Below, in pieces: positions 37,561 to 50,859 of a DNA stretch of 64,000 nucleotides. The DNA comes from Okamejei kenojei (Eukaryota), in NCBI GenBank assembly GCA_035221665.1, contig CM069138.1, positions 22,630,001-22,694,000 on the forward strand, read 5' to 3'. The position numbers were made by a program, and so were the translations under genes. The notes below the pieces were generated by a model. It was not told the origin of the DNA. It saw only the letters and a list, made by a program, of their open reading frames with translations, and made no database searches. Within the stretch, counting starts at the first letter, position 1. Every line of letters starts with the position of its first letter.

Positions 37561-38954
37561 CAATGTGCAGGAATTGTGGTTAGTCTGGGATTAAGTAAAT
37601 CCATTGATGAGTTTAAGGGCTCAAGAGAGGAATTTAGAGTTCAAGAATAGGACATGAGATAGCTTTGGCAGGTAAGTTAAGGAAAATCCTAAGAGATTCT
37701 ATATATACCGTAAATAGAGAGCAAATGAGTAAAGAGTGAGAGAATATGTCCATTTAAGAAGCAATGTAGTCATCTATGCTTGGATTCTTAAGCGATGCAT
37801 GAGGTCTTAAATTAATACTTCTCATCGGTACTTACTGTGGAGGAAGTCAAGGAAGCTAAGGAGTTATGGAATAAACACTGGAAGATCCAGTAAAGTAAGT
37901 CAGTTGTTTGAGGTTGGACGTGAGTAAAGGCAACAGTGGCATGATATCGGGGATACCTAAATAATTAATAAGTATATACCAGCTAACAATGTCACAAAAT
38001 ATCCTTTTGATAAAATGCATTGATGTTGATGGATCTAAATTATATGTTGACAGATTTTCCCTCAATAAATTCCATCTTCCACAGTCTGGCCACTCAATGA
38101 CTCTGTTTCTGTCTTGGTAACTTGCACCACTGCCTAACTCAGTAGTGTCTGTGAACATGGCTGAACTTCATCAGGTCACTGTCTGATCTATTGACTCAGT
38201 TTCTCTCATTTCTGTCGCTGTCTCACCGACAAATGTTTTCAGAATATTGGGCTCTTCACTCAGATTTGCAGCAGCTGATTCTGCTTTTATATATAACTCC
38301 GAATTCCCCCATCTGGTTAAAAGTGCAGGTCCCTAAGGATTACCAAGTGTTGCCGTTTGATGCACCTTGCCAATTATGCAACCACCCTGTCTTTCAAAGT
38401 TACCTCATATTTTGTGTGCTCACATATTCGGAACCTGATGAAATCCTTCCTGTAAATTAAATTGAGGCAATATCGACAAGAGTTTTACCACCATTAAAGT
38501 TTCATCACCATGAGGGAGAAGTTGCTAAATCCACAACATATTACCGAACTCTATCTCTTTCCTCTAAGCTTGTGAAAAAGACTGTGACTGCTGACAAGTC
38601 TCACACTTCTGCTCTCTTTCCCTCTCCATCCTCCCAGAACAAGGATAGGGTTCCTATTGTCTCATATCCCATCCCCATATTATCAATGCGCTTTCCCACG
38701 GAGCAATTATGATGAAGGACTTGCTTCGAAAAGCAAGGTTGAATCAGTCAGGGTTGAAGCTTAGAAGTAGCAAGTTCTGCAAGTGCCCTCCATTTCTGCC
38801 AGTCATCCAATTGTGACTTTGTCTTAGATTTTTCTCTCTCCATTAGCACAGCCTGCCCAGCTATCAGCAACACATATATAGACAAGAAAGCACCATCTCT
38901 TTCCAACTTGTCGCATCAACCAATTTGCTCTTACCGCATCAGAGATATTCCAGA

Positions 38955-41570
38955 AACATAGAAAATAGGTGCAGGAGGACGCCATTCATTGCGATCATGG
39001 CTGATCGTTCCCAATCAATAACCCGTGCCTGCCTTCTCCCCATATCCCTTGACTCCACTAACCCCTAGAGCTCTATCTAACTCTCTCTTAAATCCATCCA
39101 GTGATTTGGCCTCCGCTGCCCTCTGCGGCAGGGAATTCCACCAATTCAGAACTCTCTGGGTTTTTTCTCACCTCAGTCTTAAATGGCCTCCCATTTATTC
39201 TAAGACTGTGGCCCCTAGTTCTGGACTCATCCAACATTGGGAAAAATTTTCTTGCATCTAGCTTGCCCAGTCCTTTTATAATGTTATATGTTTCCATCAG
39301 ATTCCCCCTCATCCTTCTAAACTCCAATGAATACAGGCCTAGTCTTTTCAATCTTTCCTCATATGACAGTCCCGCCATCCCAGGGATCAATCTCATCAAC
39401 CTACGCTGCACTGCCTCAATCATAAGGATGTCCTTCCTCAAATTAGGAGACCAAAACTGTACGCAATGCTCCAGATGTGGTCTTACCAGAGCCTTATACA
39501 ACTGCAGAAGAACCTCGCTACTCCTATACTGAAATCCTCTTGTGATGAAGGCCAACATTCCATTAGTTTTCTTCACTGCCTGCTGTACATACACGCCAAC
39601 TTTCAGTGACCGGTGTACAAGGACACCCAGGTCTCGCTGTACCTCCCCCTTACCTAACCTACCCCATTGAGATAATAATCTGCCCCCGTGTTTTTGCCAC
39701 CAAAGTGGATAACCTCACATTTATCTATATTATACTGCATCTGCCACGCATCTGCCCATTCACTCAACCTGTCCAGGTCACCCTGCAACCTCCTAACATC
39801 CTCTTCACAGTTCACACTGCCACCCAGCTTCGTGTCATCCGCAAACCTGCTAGTGTTGCTCCTAATTCCCTCTTCCAAATCATTATATACGGTAAACAGT
39901 TGCGGAGCCAATATCGAGCCTTGCGGCACTCCACTCGCCACTGCCTGCCATTCTGAAAAGGACCCGTTCACTTCTACTCTTTGCTTCTTGTCTGCCAACC
40001 AATTTTCTATCCATGTCAACACGCTACCCCCAATACCATGTGCTCTAATTTTAGTCACCAGTCTCCCATGCGGGATCTTATCAAAGGCTTTCTGAAAGTC
40101 TAGATACACTACATCCACTGGCTCCCCTTCATCCATTTTACTTGTCATATCCTCAAAAAATTCCAGAAGATTAGTCAAGCATTATTTTCCTTTCATAAAT
40201 CCATGTTGACTTGGACTAATCCTTTTACTGCTATCCAAATGCCCATTATTACCTGTTTAATAATTGACTCCAGCATCTTTCCTACCACCAAAGTCAGGCT
40301 AACTGGTCTGTAATTCCCTGTTTTCGCTCTCGCTCCTTTCTCGAAAAGTGGGATAACATTAGCGAACTAATCCTGAATATACTGAACATAGGAAAATGAT
40401 CACCAATGCGTCCACTATTTCTAGAGCCACCTCCCTGAGGACCCTGGGATGCAGTGCATCAGGCCCCGGGGATTTATCATCCTTCAGTTCCATTAGCCTA
40501 CCCAATACTATTTCTCGCCTAATGAAAATTCCGTTCAGTTCCTCAACCCCCTTAGATCCTCTGTCCTCCAGTAATTCTGGGAGATTGTTTGTGACTTCCT
40601 TAGTGAAGACAGATCCGAAGCACTTGTTCAACTCTTCTGCCATTTCCTTGTTCCCGAAAATAATTTCACCCGTGTCTGCCTTTAAGGGACCCACATTTGA
40701 CTTTGCTACTCTTTTTCCCTTAACATATCTAAAGAAGCTTTTACTGTGCTTTATATTCCTGGCCAGCTTCCCTTCGTACTTCATCTTTTCGGCCCATATT
40801 GCCCGTTTTGTTTCCTTCTGTTGTCCTATTAACGTTTCCCAATTGTTCTGGCTTCCGGCTACTCTTTGCTGTGTTATACATCTTTTCTTTTAGTTTTATT
40901 CTATATCTAACTTCTCTTGTCAGCCACGGTTGCCTCCTACTCCCCTTAGAATCTTTCTTCCTTTTTGGAATGAAATGATCCTGAGTCTTCCGGATTATGC
41001 CCAGAAATTCCTGCCATTGCTGTTCCACCGTCATTCCTGCTAGTATTCCTTTCCAGTCTACCTTGGCCAGCTCCTCTCTCATGCCTTCATAATCCCCTTT
41101 GTTCAGCCGCATCACTGCCACTTCAGATTTAATCCTTCTCCTTCTCAAATTACAGACTAAAACTAATCATATTATGATCACTACCTCCAAGCGGTTCCTT
41201 TACTTCGAGTTCTCTTATAAAAATTGGTTCATTGGACACCACTAAATCCAGAATTGCCTTTTCTCTGGTCGGCTCCATTACAAGCTGCTCTAAGAATCCA
41301 TCTCGGAAGCATTCTACAAACTCTCTTTCTTGGGGTCCGGAATCAACCTGATTTTCCAACTCTACCTGCATATTGAAATCCCCCATCACCACAGTGGCAT
41401 TACCTTTGTTACATGCCAGTTTTAACTCCTGCTGCAACTTACACCCTACATCCCGGCTACTATTTGCGGGTCTGTAGATAACACCAATTAGTGTCTTCTT
41501 GCCTTTGCAATTCCTCAACTCAATCTACAGTGACTCTACCTCGTCAGTCCCTATGTCTTCCCTCACAAGG
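38955..41570 (-). mobile_element. CR1 LINE, 5'-truncated ORF2 (endonuclease to 3' end)
   Basis: YRPAN, GDFN, GGSDH, KSPGPD, YLDFQKAFD, GVPQGS, FADDTK, RPHLEHCVQFWSP, and a catagaaa tail. Confidence 0.93.
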
Positions 41571-42309
41571 TCTTCCCTCGCAAGGTCGCTTTGGTCTTTC
41601 CATCCCACCCTCACATTCTCTACAACATAAAACAAACTTATTTTTTCTCTTTAGAACAAATTGCTGGAGCATGAAGGTGGTCTTGGGTCAGGACCCTTCT
41701 TCTGACCTGAAACGTCACCTTTCTAATTTTCCCCAAAGACTCTGCCTGGCTTACTTGAGTTACTACGCATCATGTGTCTATCTTTGGTATAAACCAGCAT
41801 CTGCGGTTCCTTATTATTACATTTTCTCTTTCCCAGTTCTGACCAAAGATCACAGCTTGAAATGTGTACTGTCTCTCTTTCCACAGATGCAGACAGACCT
41901 GCTGAGGGTTTCCAGCGTTTGGTGGTTTTATTGCACATTTGCAGAATCGGCAATTTCTTGGTTGTCATGGATTGGGAAATGCTGATTAGAAAGGATCTTT
42001 GATGCATCTAAACATCAGTTACTGAAAGCAAACACGCACGTACAGTGTGGTAACTGTATTGTTATAGGGCTTCAGTACAAGTACAAGGATAACACAACAT
42101 TTACGCAGGGCCATTTTAATTTTCCAACCCAGGATTATAATTACAGAATGTAGAAAAGATTGGAAAATTATAATGTGTCTGCAACTGGCTTGCTTATTTC
42201 TTTTCATATCCCGGGCAGGAAAGGATCAGGTCTTGAGCAATTGTTTGTCCACCAATGTTTCTTCTAAATCATTTATTTTGTATAACTTATGTTAAGCTGG
42301 AAAAAGTGA

Positions 42310-42740
42310 AGAAATTATTTACAAGGAGGTCGCCAGGACTCAAGAGACTGTTATAGGGAGAAGTCGGGTAAACAAGGACTTTATATCATATGGGGATTTC
42401 CTTATTCCTGAGGGGTGATCTTATTGAGGTGTACAAAATCATGAGGGACACAGATAGGATGAAAGCACACAGTCTTTTTCCCAGGGGCGGGTAATCAAAA
42501 ACAAGAGAGCATAGGTTTAAAGTGAGAGGGGAATAATTTATTCAGAACTAGAAGGGCTGTAGGTGGTGTTTTGTACATGATACATGCTGACAGAGGAAGT
42601 GGTTGAGTCATGTGCAATTCAACATTTATAAGGCATTTGGACAAACACATATAGGAAAGGGTTTGAGGGATGTGAGCAAACATGGCCAAATGTGACTAGA
42701 TTAGATAGGGCATCTTGGTCAACACAGATGGGTTAGACTG
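42310..42740 (+). mobile_element. Degraded CR1 3' end
   Basis: RGDLIEVYKIMR remnant and a typical 3' UTR. Confidence 0.7.
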
Positions 42741-42749
42741 AATCTAGTT

Positions 42750-42935
42750 CTACATCTCTCCATATCACCATCTATATTCCTCGTTTCCCATTCCCCTCAC
42801 TCTCAATCTGAAGAAGGGTCTCGACCCGAAACATTACCTATTCCTTTTCTTCAGAGATGCTGCCTGAACCATTGAGTTACTCCAGCTTTTTGTGTCTATC
42901 TTCGGTTTAAATCAGTATCTGCAGTTCCTTCCTAC
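42750..42935 (+). mobile_element. Penelope pseudo-LTR fragment with a hammerhead-like core (42808-42835)
   Basis: ctgaagaagggtctcgacccgaaacatt...gatgctgcctga..gagttactccagc..ctgcagttccttc. Confidence 0.8.
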
Positions 42936-43097
42936 ACGCCCTGTTTCCGTGCTCTATGACTATGACTCTTAACTGTGTGTGTTAAAATCTGTCAGTTTTT
43001 GTTCTCTCTCCTAATAGATTTATAAAATCTTTTGTCATTAGATTTGATATTCTTCACACTGGCTTTTAATGAAAACATATACATCAGGCTATTGGGG

Positions 43098-44024
43098 GTT
43101 ACACAAAAAGCTGGAGAAACTCAGCGGGTGCAGCAGCATCTAAGGAGCGAAGGAGATAGGCGACGTTTCGGGTCGAGACCCTTCTTCAGACTGGTCAGGG
43201 ATCAGGGAAACGAGAGATATAGACGGTGATGTGGAGAGATAAAGAACAATGAATGAAAGATATGCAAAAATGTATCGATGATAAAGGGAACAAGCCATTG
43301 TAAGCTGTTTGTGGTGTGAAAATGAGAAGCTAGTGTGACTAGGGTGGGGGAGGGAGATAGAGATAGAGGGAATGCCAGGGCCCGAGGGCTGAGGGAGAGG
43401 TGGGAAGGAGAGGAGACAGCAAGGGTTAACAGAATTGAGAACATTCAATGTTCAAGCCCAAAGGATGCAGACTCCCCAAGCGGAATATGAGGTGCTGTTC
43501 CTCCAACTTGCGGTGTTGCTCACTCTGGCCTTGGAGGAGGCCCAGGACCGAGAGGTCGGATGCGGAATGGGAGGGGGAGTTGAAGTGCTGAGTCACCGGG
43601 AGGTCGGGTTGGTTTTTGCGGACCGAGCGGACGTGTTCGGAGAAACGATCGCCAAGCCTCCGCTTGGTCTCACCGATATAGATCATCTGGCATCTGGAGC
43701 AGCGGATGCAGTAGATGAGGTTGGAGGAGGTGCAGGTGAACGTCTGTCGGACCTGGAAGGACTGCTTGGGTCCCTGAAAGGAATGGAGGGTGGAGGTGAA
43801 GGGACAAGTGTTGCATTTCTTGCGGTTGCAATGGAAAGTGCCCGGGGAAGGGGTAGAGCGGGAGGGGAGGGAAGAATTGACAAGGGAGTTGTGGAGGGAG
43901 CGGCCTTTGCGGAAGGCAGACAGGGGGGGAGATGGGAAGGTGTGGCGGGTGGAGGGGTCACGTTGGAGGTGGCGAAACTGGCGGAGGACTATGTGTTGTA
44001 TTTGCCGGCTGGTGGGGTGAAAGG
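43098..44024 (-). mobile_element. Penelope-like element 3' part (GIY-YIG + pLTR), same family as 16694-18335
   Basis: YIGETKRRLGDRFSEH..RKLEEQHLIFRLGSLHPLGLN. Near-identical to 16694-17560. Confidence 0.92.
43162..43189 (-). ncRNA. Minimal type I hammerhead ribozyme motif (Penelope pLTR)
   Basis: The reverse complement reads CTGAAGAAGGGTCTCGACCCGAAACGTC, identical to the core at 18209. Confidence 0.7.
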
Positions 44025-45090
44025 TTATTGTTCATTGCACAGAGTTCCATCCTGTCCAAACTCAGGGACCTGGGTCTCTGCTCCACCCTATTCAACTGAT
44101 TGCTCAACTTCCCCATTGGCAGACCTCAGTCAGTGTGTATTGGCAACACTATCTCCACCTCCCTGACCATCACCCAGGGGCACCTCAAGGCTGTGTGTTC
44201 AAACCACTTCTCTACCCTCTGAATACCCGTGACTGTGTAGCCAGACACAGCTCCAAAGTAATCTTTAAATTCTCCAATGATACCACCATCCTTAGATGAG
44301 TAATGGCTAATGCTGAGTCAGGGTACTGGAGGGAGATCGATAATTTAGTGGAGTGGTGTCAGAACAAGAATTTTGCTCTCAGCATCAGCAAGAAAAAGGA
44401 ACAGGTTATTGACTTCAGGAAGGGAAAGCCGAGGGACTATGCACCTGTCCATGTTGGTAGAATGGCAATGGAGAAAGAGTTAAAGGCTTCATGTTCCTTG
44501 ACTTTCACATCTCTGATGGTCTGTCGTGGGCACAGCACACTGGTGCATTCACAAAGAAAGCTTACCAATGCTTTTAATTCCTCGGAACTTTGAGGAGATT
44601 TGGCACTTTGGCCAATAAATGCTCTGTTTATTCTCCGCACGTGTACAGTGGACAGGTTACTAGCTGGTTGCAACATGGCCTAGTTCTAAAATTCGAATGC
44701 TCAGGATTTAAGGAGGCAACAAAAAGCAGTGGACATTGCCCAGTCCATCATCGATACTGACCTACACACCATCGAAGGGAACTACAGGAAGTGCTGCCTC
44801 AAAAAGACAGCTAATATTGCCAAGACCCACACCATCCAGCCCATGCTCTCTTCTCATTGCTATCATCGGGAAGCAGGTGCTGGGACCCAAGAACTGTTAC
44901 CTCCAGGTTCAAGAACAGCTTTATCCAATCAACCAACAGGTTTTTGAATTAATTTGTACACCCAAACCACAACCCTGCTCACCACTGAACAGACTTTGCA
45001 TGACTGTGGTTACTTTACATACTTTGGTAATGCTTTATCATCATATTGTTTAGTTAGATAAGTTATGGCACACTTGTTGCTGTTCTGACT
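44025..45090 (+). mobile_element. Degraded Rex1/Babar LINE
   Basis: GAPQGCV, KFSNDTT and YWREIDNLVEWCQN remnants. Confidence 0.75.
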
Positions 45091-45099
45091 AATCTTTAT

Positions 45100-45303
45100 T
45101 ATAGAGATACAGCGTGGAATCAAACCCTTTGGCCCACTGAGTACGCGCCAACCAGTGAACACCCCGTACACACTAGAGACAATTTACAATTTTACCAAAG
45201 CCAATTAATGTAGAAATGTGTATGTTTTTGGAGTGTAGGAAGAAACCAATACACTCGGAGAAATCCCACATGGACACACAGAGAATGTACAAACTCCGTA
45301 CAG
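45100..45303 (-). mobile_element. V-SINE fragment
   Basis: Reverse complement of the core seen at 35492 (tttggagtgtaggaagaaacc..gtacaaactccgtacag). Confidence 0.7.
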
Positions 45304-48300
45304 ATTTTACTTCGGAGTCACGTGAGTGACTACGTGAAGACCCCGCCAGGACGCATGCGCGACATATCGTTGAACGCATTGCGGAAGCGACAGTCGGGAG
45401 GAGCGCCGCTCCTCCAGCGCGAGTTTTGAAAAATTACTGAAGGTAAGTCTTACCTTTTTTGGTGAGCGTGGCGACTCGGTGTGTTTCTTTTTCAGAACTA
45501 GGAAGCACCATGGAGTCGCGCAAGGGAGAGCAGCAGCTGATACCGCTGCTGTGGAAGCAGCCAGCAGCGTGCCGTCTCTCCAGAGCTGCAGGTGCTGCCA
45601 GCAGCTCCCGGCTTCTCGCCGCTACAGACCGCAGGTGCGCCGCGGTCGGCGGCAAAACCACCCGGAAGTCGGACAGGTCCGTTGACTCGGCTGGGTCCGG
45701 ACCTGAAGACACCCCGTTCACGGATAGGGACGTCGGGCGTCTTTCCCGCAGGAGCGGATGGGGAGCAGTGCTCCAGCGTGACCTGCTTATGCAGGGGCAG
45801 AGTCACAGTGGGTCTCCTCGCAGACCCACGGCAGCATCCTTTCAAGGACTGCCAAATGTCTCACCCTCTTCGCAGGGGAGTATTAGGGGTCAGAGCTGGG
45901 CTGACCCTGAAGAAGGGGCAATGGCTGAACAGTCAGCTGTGAGGGGTGCCAGAAGAGAGAGCAGCAGAAGATTTGTGGGAACACATGCTGTATCAACTCA
46001 AGAAGGACTGCCTATACAAAGCTGCAAGCCAGTACAAAATACATGGCTACAAAACAGCTTCAGGAGCAAGCCATTAACTTTATGGCTGGGAAGTACATTG
46101 CTCCAGAGAACTCCATTTCTCTTAAAGTACCAGCAGTCTATGACCCCATCTGGGGCAACAGGAGCCCAGAGGAAACTGCTGGCTGCTAAAATCACAGCAG
46201 TACCAGGACAACTGATGGGGTTGATTTGCCTTAAGAGTTACTAGGTGCTCTAGCAGACTGTGTAATACTCAGTGGAGATTAACAGTTACAGGAAGAGCAT
46301 CATCAAGAAGTGCGGAATTAAGCAAGACAAGTAGCACACAGGCGCCAAAATTGCTGTTGGGGGACCTCCCGAAGCAGGTGAAAGACCTGCATGAGGAAGC
46401 CAAGGCTATAGGCCTGATCAAGGTGCCAAGCACCTCTAAAACCCACTATCAACAGCGGCAGCACCCCTACACACCCACCAGACATCGGTGCTATGGAAGA
46501 CCATCTGGTGGTGAAAGCTCGAAGGCCGGCCCACCTGCACAGCGGTCTTTCAGACCATGGCCCAGCCCGACCTTCATGGAAAATGCGCCAACCCCACAAC
46601 GCAGCAACACAATACCAGAAACAACTGCGGAGACAACCCACACAACACCGGTAACCATGGAGGTAGGTGGGTCTGGTTGTCTTAAAAAACATTGCATGTC
46701 CGATTCATCAAAAGTTGGGGGACGGTTGCACTTGTTTCATCATGTGTGCTGCACATTTACCTCTGAATTTTTACATACTCGGAAGTATTCAGAATTACAA
46801 AATTGAATTTGTATACGAACTACCGTCCCAGTTCAGCATACGCCTAGCAGGAAGTTCATACTTCACAAAAAGAGAGAACAGCAGGCCATGCTGAACTGTT
46901 AAGACTAAACACAAAAGGGATTGAGAAAACAATCAGAGAATTTCAAGAGTTCGTATCAAATATATTTATAAAAACTAAAAAGATGGTGGTTGCCGTATCA
47001 TTACAGATTTGATGAACTAAATACTTCCGTTCAGTATGCCCATTTCAAAATAGACACGTTTGTCACACACAGGGTCATCGTAAATACCTGAAATTTATCT
47101 GGATGGGACAGCTATGGCAGTATGCCTTATCCAATGGGTTGTCATCAGCACCCAGGCTATTACAAATTCATTAAAACCAGCTTTAGCATACTTAAAGAAA
47201 CATAACCATATCGTCATGGCTTACCTTGATGATATTCTCATTGTAGGTGAAAATTGGAGCTGGCTACATTGGTGGTATCAGCCACAACACAGAGATTTAA
47301 CGTACATCCAGATAAGTCAAAATTGGAACCCTCCACTACCATGGATTATTTGGGGTTCACTATTGACTCTGTTCATATGTCTATCACCTTGCCACCAAAC
47401 AAAGTGACAGACTTGATGGGAGTATGCAAAAGCCTCACTAGCATCAGGGAACCATCCAAGGAGTAAGAGTGATTGGGAAATTGGTGGCTGCGTTCCCAGC
47501 AGCACAATTGGACCACTCCATTATTAAAACCTGGAAGAGGGAAATTTTAGCTCTCAAAAATCATGCAGGCCATTTCAATAGGCCTATGCAACTACCAGGG
47601 AAAGTAAATCAGAATTAAACTGGTGGATAGAAATGTTCAATATTATCCTAACCCCATCACCCCATTCTATATCCCTAGGGTACATTACAGACTGATGCCA
47701 GTGCTAAAGGTTGGGGAGCAACTAATACCACCGCAAGTTGTGGTGGCAGATGAGTGCACAAAAATTATTCTGTTTAAAGCACTAGCAATTAATTATCTAG
47801 AAATGCTGGGAGCGTTTCATGGACTCAGGGCCTACTGCTCAGATGAGCACCAGTTGCATGTACGGTACAAATTGATACCACAGTGGGGGCCTATATATAA
47901 TCATATGGGTGAAATAAAGTCGATATCATGTGATGAATTGCCTAATAATATCTGGCACTGGTGTCTGGGAGAGAGATTTGGATCTCAACCACTTACCTTC
48001 CAGGTAAGCTAAATACAGTGGCAGACACCAGGTCACGTAAATTCAACGACAACATTAAATGGATGTTGGATCGGAAAGTGTTTACAGATATTATAGACCG
48101 GTATGGGACACCAGATATCGACCTTTTTTCCATCCAGACTAATTCACCAACTGCCAACATATGTTGCTTGGGAACCAGACCCAGGGGCAGCAGCGATGGA
48201 CGATTTCTCGCTGCATTGGGGGGGGGGGGGATTTGTTTTGCTATGCATTTTCCCCTTCTGCCTCATCAGGCGAGTCTTACAATAATTAAACAAGACGCCG

Positions 48301-49876
48301 CAACGGGTACCATGGTTCCCAACAGTACAAAGATGGTCTCAGAACCTGCATCTGGATCAACAACGGACAAGGAGGTTGGCACACCCCGTGCGGGAAAGTA
48401 TCCGTGCCATGACTGTATGAACTTGTTGATTTGCAGTTTCTGAACAGGCCATTTCTGGGATACGGACTCTCCGACAGGACGATCAATGCCATCTCAGCGT
48501 CGTGCAGGGAGTCCACGAGAAGACAGTACCTGACATATGTCAGGAAATGGGAAGTGTTCAGCACCAGGACGAACACTACATATGACTCAGCCACCAACAC
48601 TGAAGTGCTGGAGTTCTGGCCACCCTTCATTTCGATGAAGGATTGAGTTACAGTGCCATTATTGTGCAAGGAGTGCCCTATCTAATATCTGGGCAGAGGG
48701 AGTGATCACCTGGCTATAGGATCACACCCACTAGTACCTAAACGAATGAGGGGTATTTGTACTCTATTCCCCCAGGCCCAGATACACCTATATATGGGAC
48801 ATAGGTAGTACACCATGTTACGAGGATGGACACCAATATCGGGGCTCACTCTGGACAAACTAATATCCTAGATGGGAATGATTATGGCACTTGGATCAGC
48901 ACAACGGGTCCAGTCCTTACACAAGCTAGAATAGGACGTCATGTCTGTCACAAATGGCAGATACCCTGCTACATACAGGGGTACTTAAACAAGACTGACC
49001 CGGTTCCTTTGGCCAATATTAGAGTTCTGGCCTATCCTGCAGATAGTCGGCCCTGCATAGTGACACATATTTTCCAATATATAGTCACCAAGACACTTAT
49101 GGGCACGGAGAGAGCTTTCTCATTAGCCATAAATGCCCTCACCTAAGGTCACAGTGCAAACCATATCCAGATGGTTCGGGTGGTATTACGTGCAGTGGTG
49201 AATACTAATGTTTCAAATCTCACTCCAACAGGGCTGCATCTACATCGGACGCTAGGATGATGGGAGTTCCTATGGACCACATCCTTGCCACAGCGGGGTG
49301 GAGCAATGAACGCATTCAATGCTTTATAATAAACCCGTGGCCGATCTTGAGACGTTTGCAGGGAAAAAATTAAGTTCTGTAAAATAAATTACCCAATGTG
49401 GGGCATATTATTTTAGGTATGAATAATACCTTTATTGTTTTTCAGCACAGTGTCGTGTGTGAAATACGTTCATCCTCCGTCCCAGAATGGCAGTGTGTGA
49501 GCATGGTCTCGTTCCAGGGCATGAAATCACAGAGCTTTGAAATCTTCACGTAGTCACTCACGTGACTCCGAAGTAAAATAGTAAGATTAAATGAGAACTT
49601 ACCAGTTTGAAGTTTGATCTTTATTTTATGAGGAGTTACGATGAGGGATTACGTGCCCTCCACTCCCAAAACCCTCTATTATAAAGTTCAACTGGTATGG
49701 AAGTTCTCTCTTATCTTACTATATTAGTCTACTCTGGTATCTGTGATTTCACACCACTGCTTTGAAGAATGTCGCGCATGCGTCCTGGCGGGGTCTTCAC
49801 GTAATCCCTCATCGCAACTCCTCATAAAATAAAGATCAAACCTCAAACTGGTAAGTTCTCATTTAATCTTACTATT
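45304..49876 (+). mobile_element. Complete but degenerate DIRS1-like element with left ITR, ICR and right ITR
   Basis: Left end att|ttacttcggagtcacgtgagtgactacgtgaagaccccgccaggacgcatgcgcgacat. The ITR core 45331-45365 is inverted at ~49769-49803. The ICR at 49543-49655 is complementary to both ends. MAYLDD, YLPGKLNTVAD, PDIDLF, STRRQY and HSNRAAS remnants are present. Confidence 0.93.
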
Positions 49877-50409
49877 AATGTGCCTAAAGCTAGTAAGTAA
49901 GAATTTAATTGTTCCAGTCCATTTCCGCCACATATGAAAAATACACATTCTTCTCGTTATTATATCCCCTTCACACATCTCATTACTTTTCTTCCCTCCA
50001 TTACATCTGCCTGTTAATCACCACTCTTTCTTGCATTTGTATCATGCATTTCGTTTAGATATGGGTTGCGAATGTACAGGTGTTTCCCATCTTCTGACTT
50101 TTCAGCCGAATAATTTGCTCAGAGATGAATCAGAACAGGCTTAGATCACTTCTAAATCTTGATTAGCAAAGCAGTGAAACAAATTGATATCCATACTTGT
50201 TAGCAACTCCAGAGCAGTACACTTCAGTATCCTTCTCACAGAGAACCAAGAACACAAAACATCTCAATTTTAAACAGAAATATTCAACTGTAAAATAGTA
50301 GATTCACATCACTGCAAAATGTACATTGAACTTGAAAGCAGATGAAACTAATCCAGACTGGGACTGAAACTAATCCCAGACTGGCGACCCATCCTGGGAC
50401 TGTACTTAC

Positions 50410-50458
50410 CCACTGCACAGAGGAACAGAGTCAAGGTAGAGAAAATCAGTGCAAACAT
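50410..50458 (-). CDS. Exon 1 (signal peptide) of a non-rearranging double-V Ig-superfamily gene: MFALIFSTLTLFLCAV-G
   Basis: The minus strand reads aacaacATG TTT GCA CTG ATT TTC TCT ACC TTG ACT CTG TTC CTC TGT GCA GTG G|gtaagt. This is a hydrophobic 16-codon leader with a consensus phase-1 donor, located in non-repetitive sequence. It splices in frame to the phase-1 acceptor at 22394, giving ...LCAVGLKA/NTSLIQ. Confidence 0.8.
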
Positions 50459-50539
50459 GTTGTTAAACTTGATTTGCAAGGATTAGACTTCTGTTCATTC
50501 AGACCCGATGTTCCCGTTGCTGTTTTAGAAGTGACTGTG

Positions 50540-50640
50540 TCCTCTTCTACTTCCCCACAAGATTGTTTCATCACAAATGCGTGGAGTGTGAAGAGGAAGT
50601 CATGGGGAAAGTGGGCAGTGGAAACCACTGAAAATGTACT
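50540..50640 (-). promoter_or_regulatory. Putative leukocyte-type proximal promoter of the IgSF gene
   Basis: PU.1/ETS-like AAGAGGAAGT (50591-50600), GGGAAAGT and RUNX-like AAACCAC (50622-50628) lie 130-170 bp upstream of the leader ATG. Motif match only. Confidence 0.35.
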
Positions 50641-50859
50641 CTCAAACTGTAGATAGACCATCAGAGTAGTTTTCACCATTCCCTCTGGATGCAGCGATGA
50701 TGGTCACAGATGCAAGTTTCAGATGTTCTGAGGGTCAATCCTTATAGTCACCCCTGATGTTTATGCACTTTTTTCAGATTCAAATATTGGAACAAAGCCA
50801 AATCCTCTGTTAATTTTCGCCTTTTATGAGGAAAATTGGGAAGAGCAAGTGACTGAAGT

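Noticed and set aside
45459-46244. 261-aa ORF as a host gene
   Set aside because: It lies within the DIRS gag region between the ITRs.
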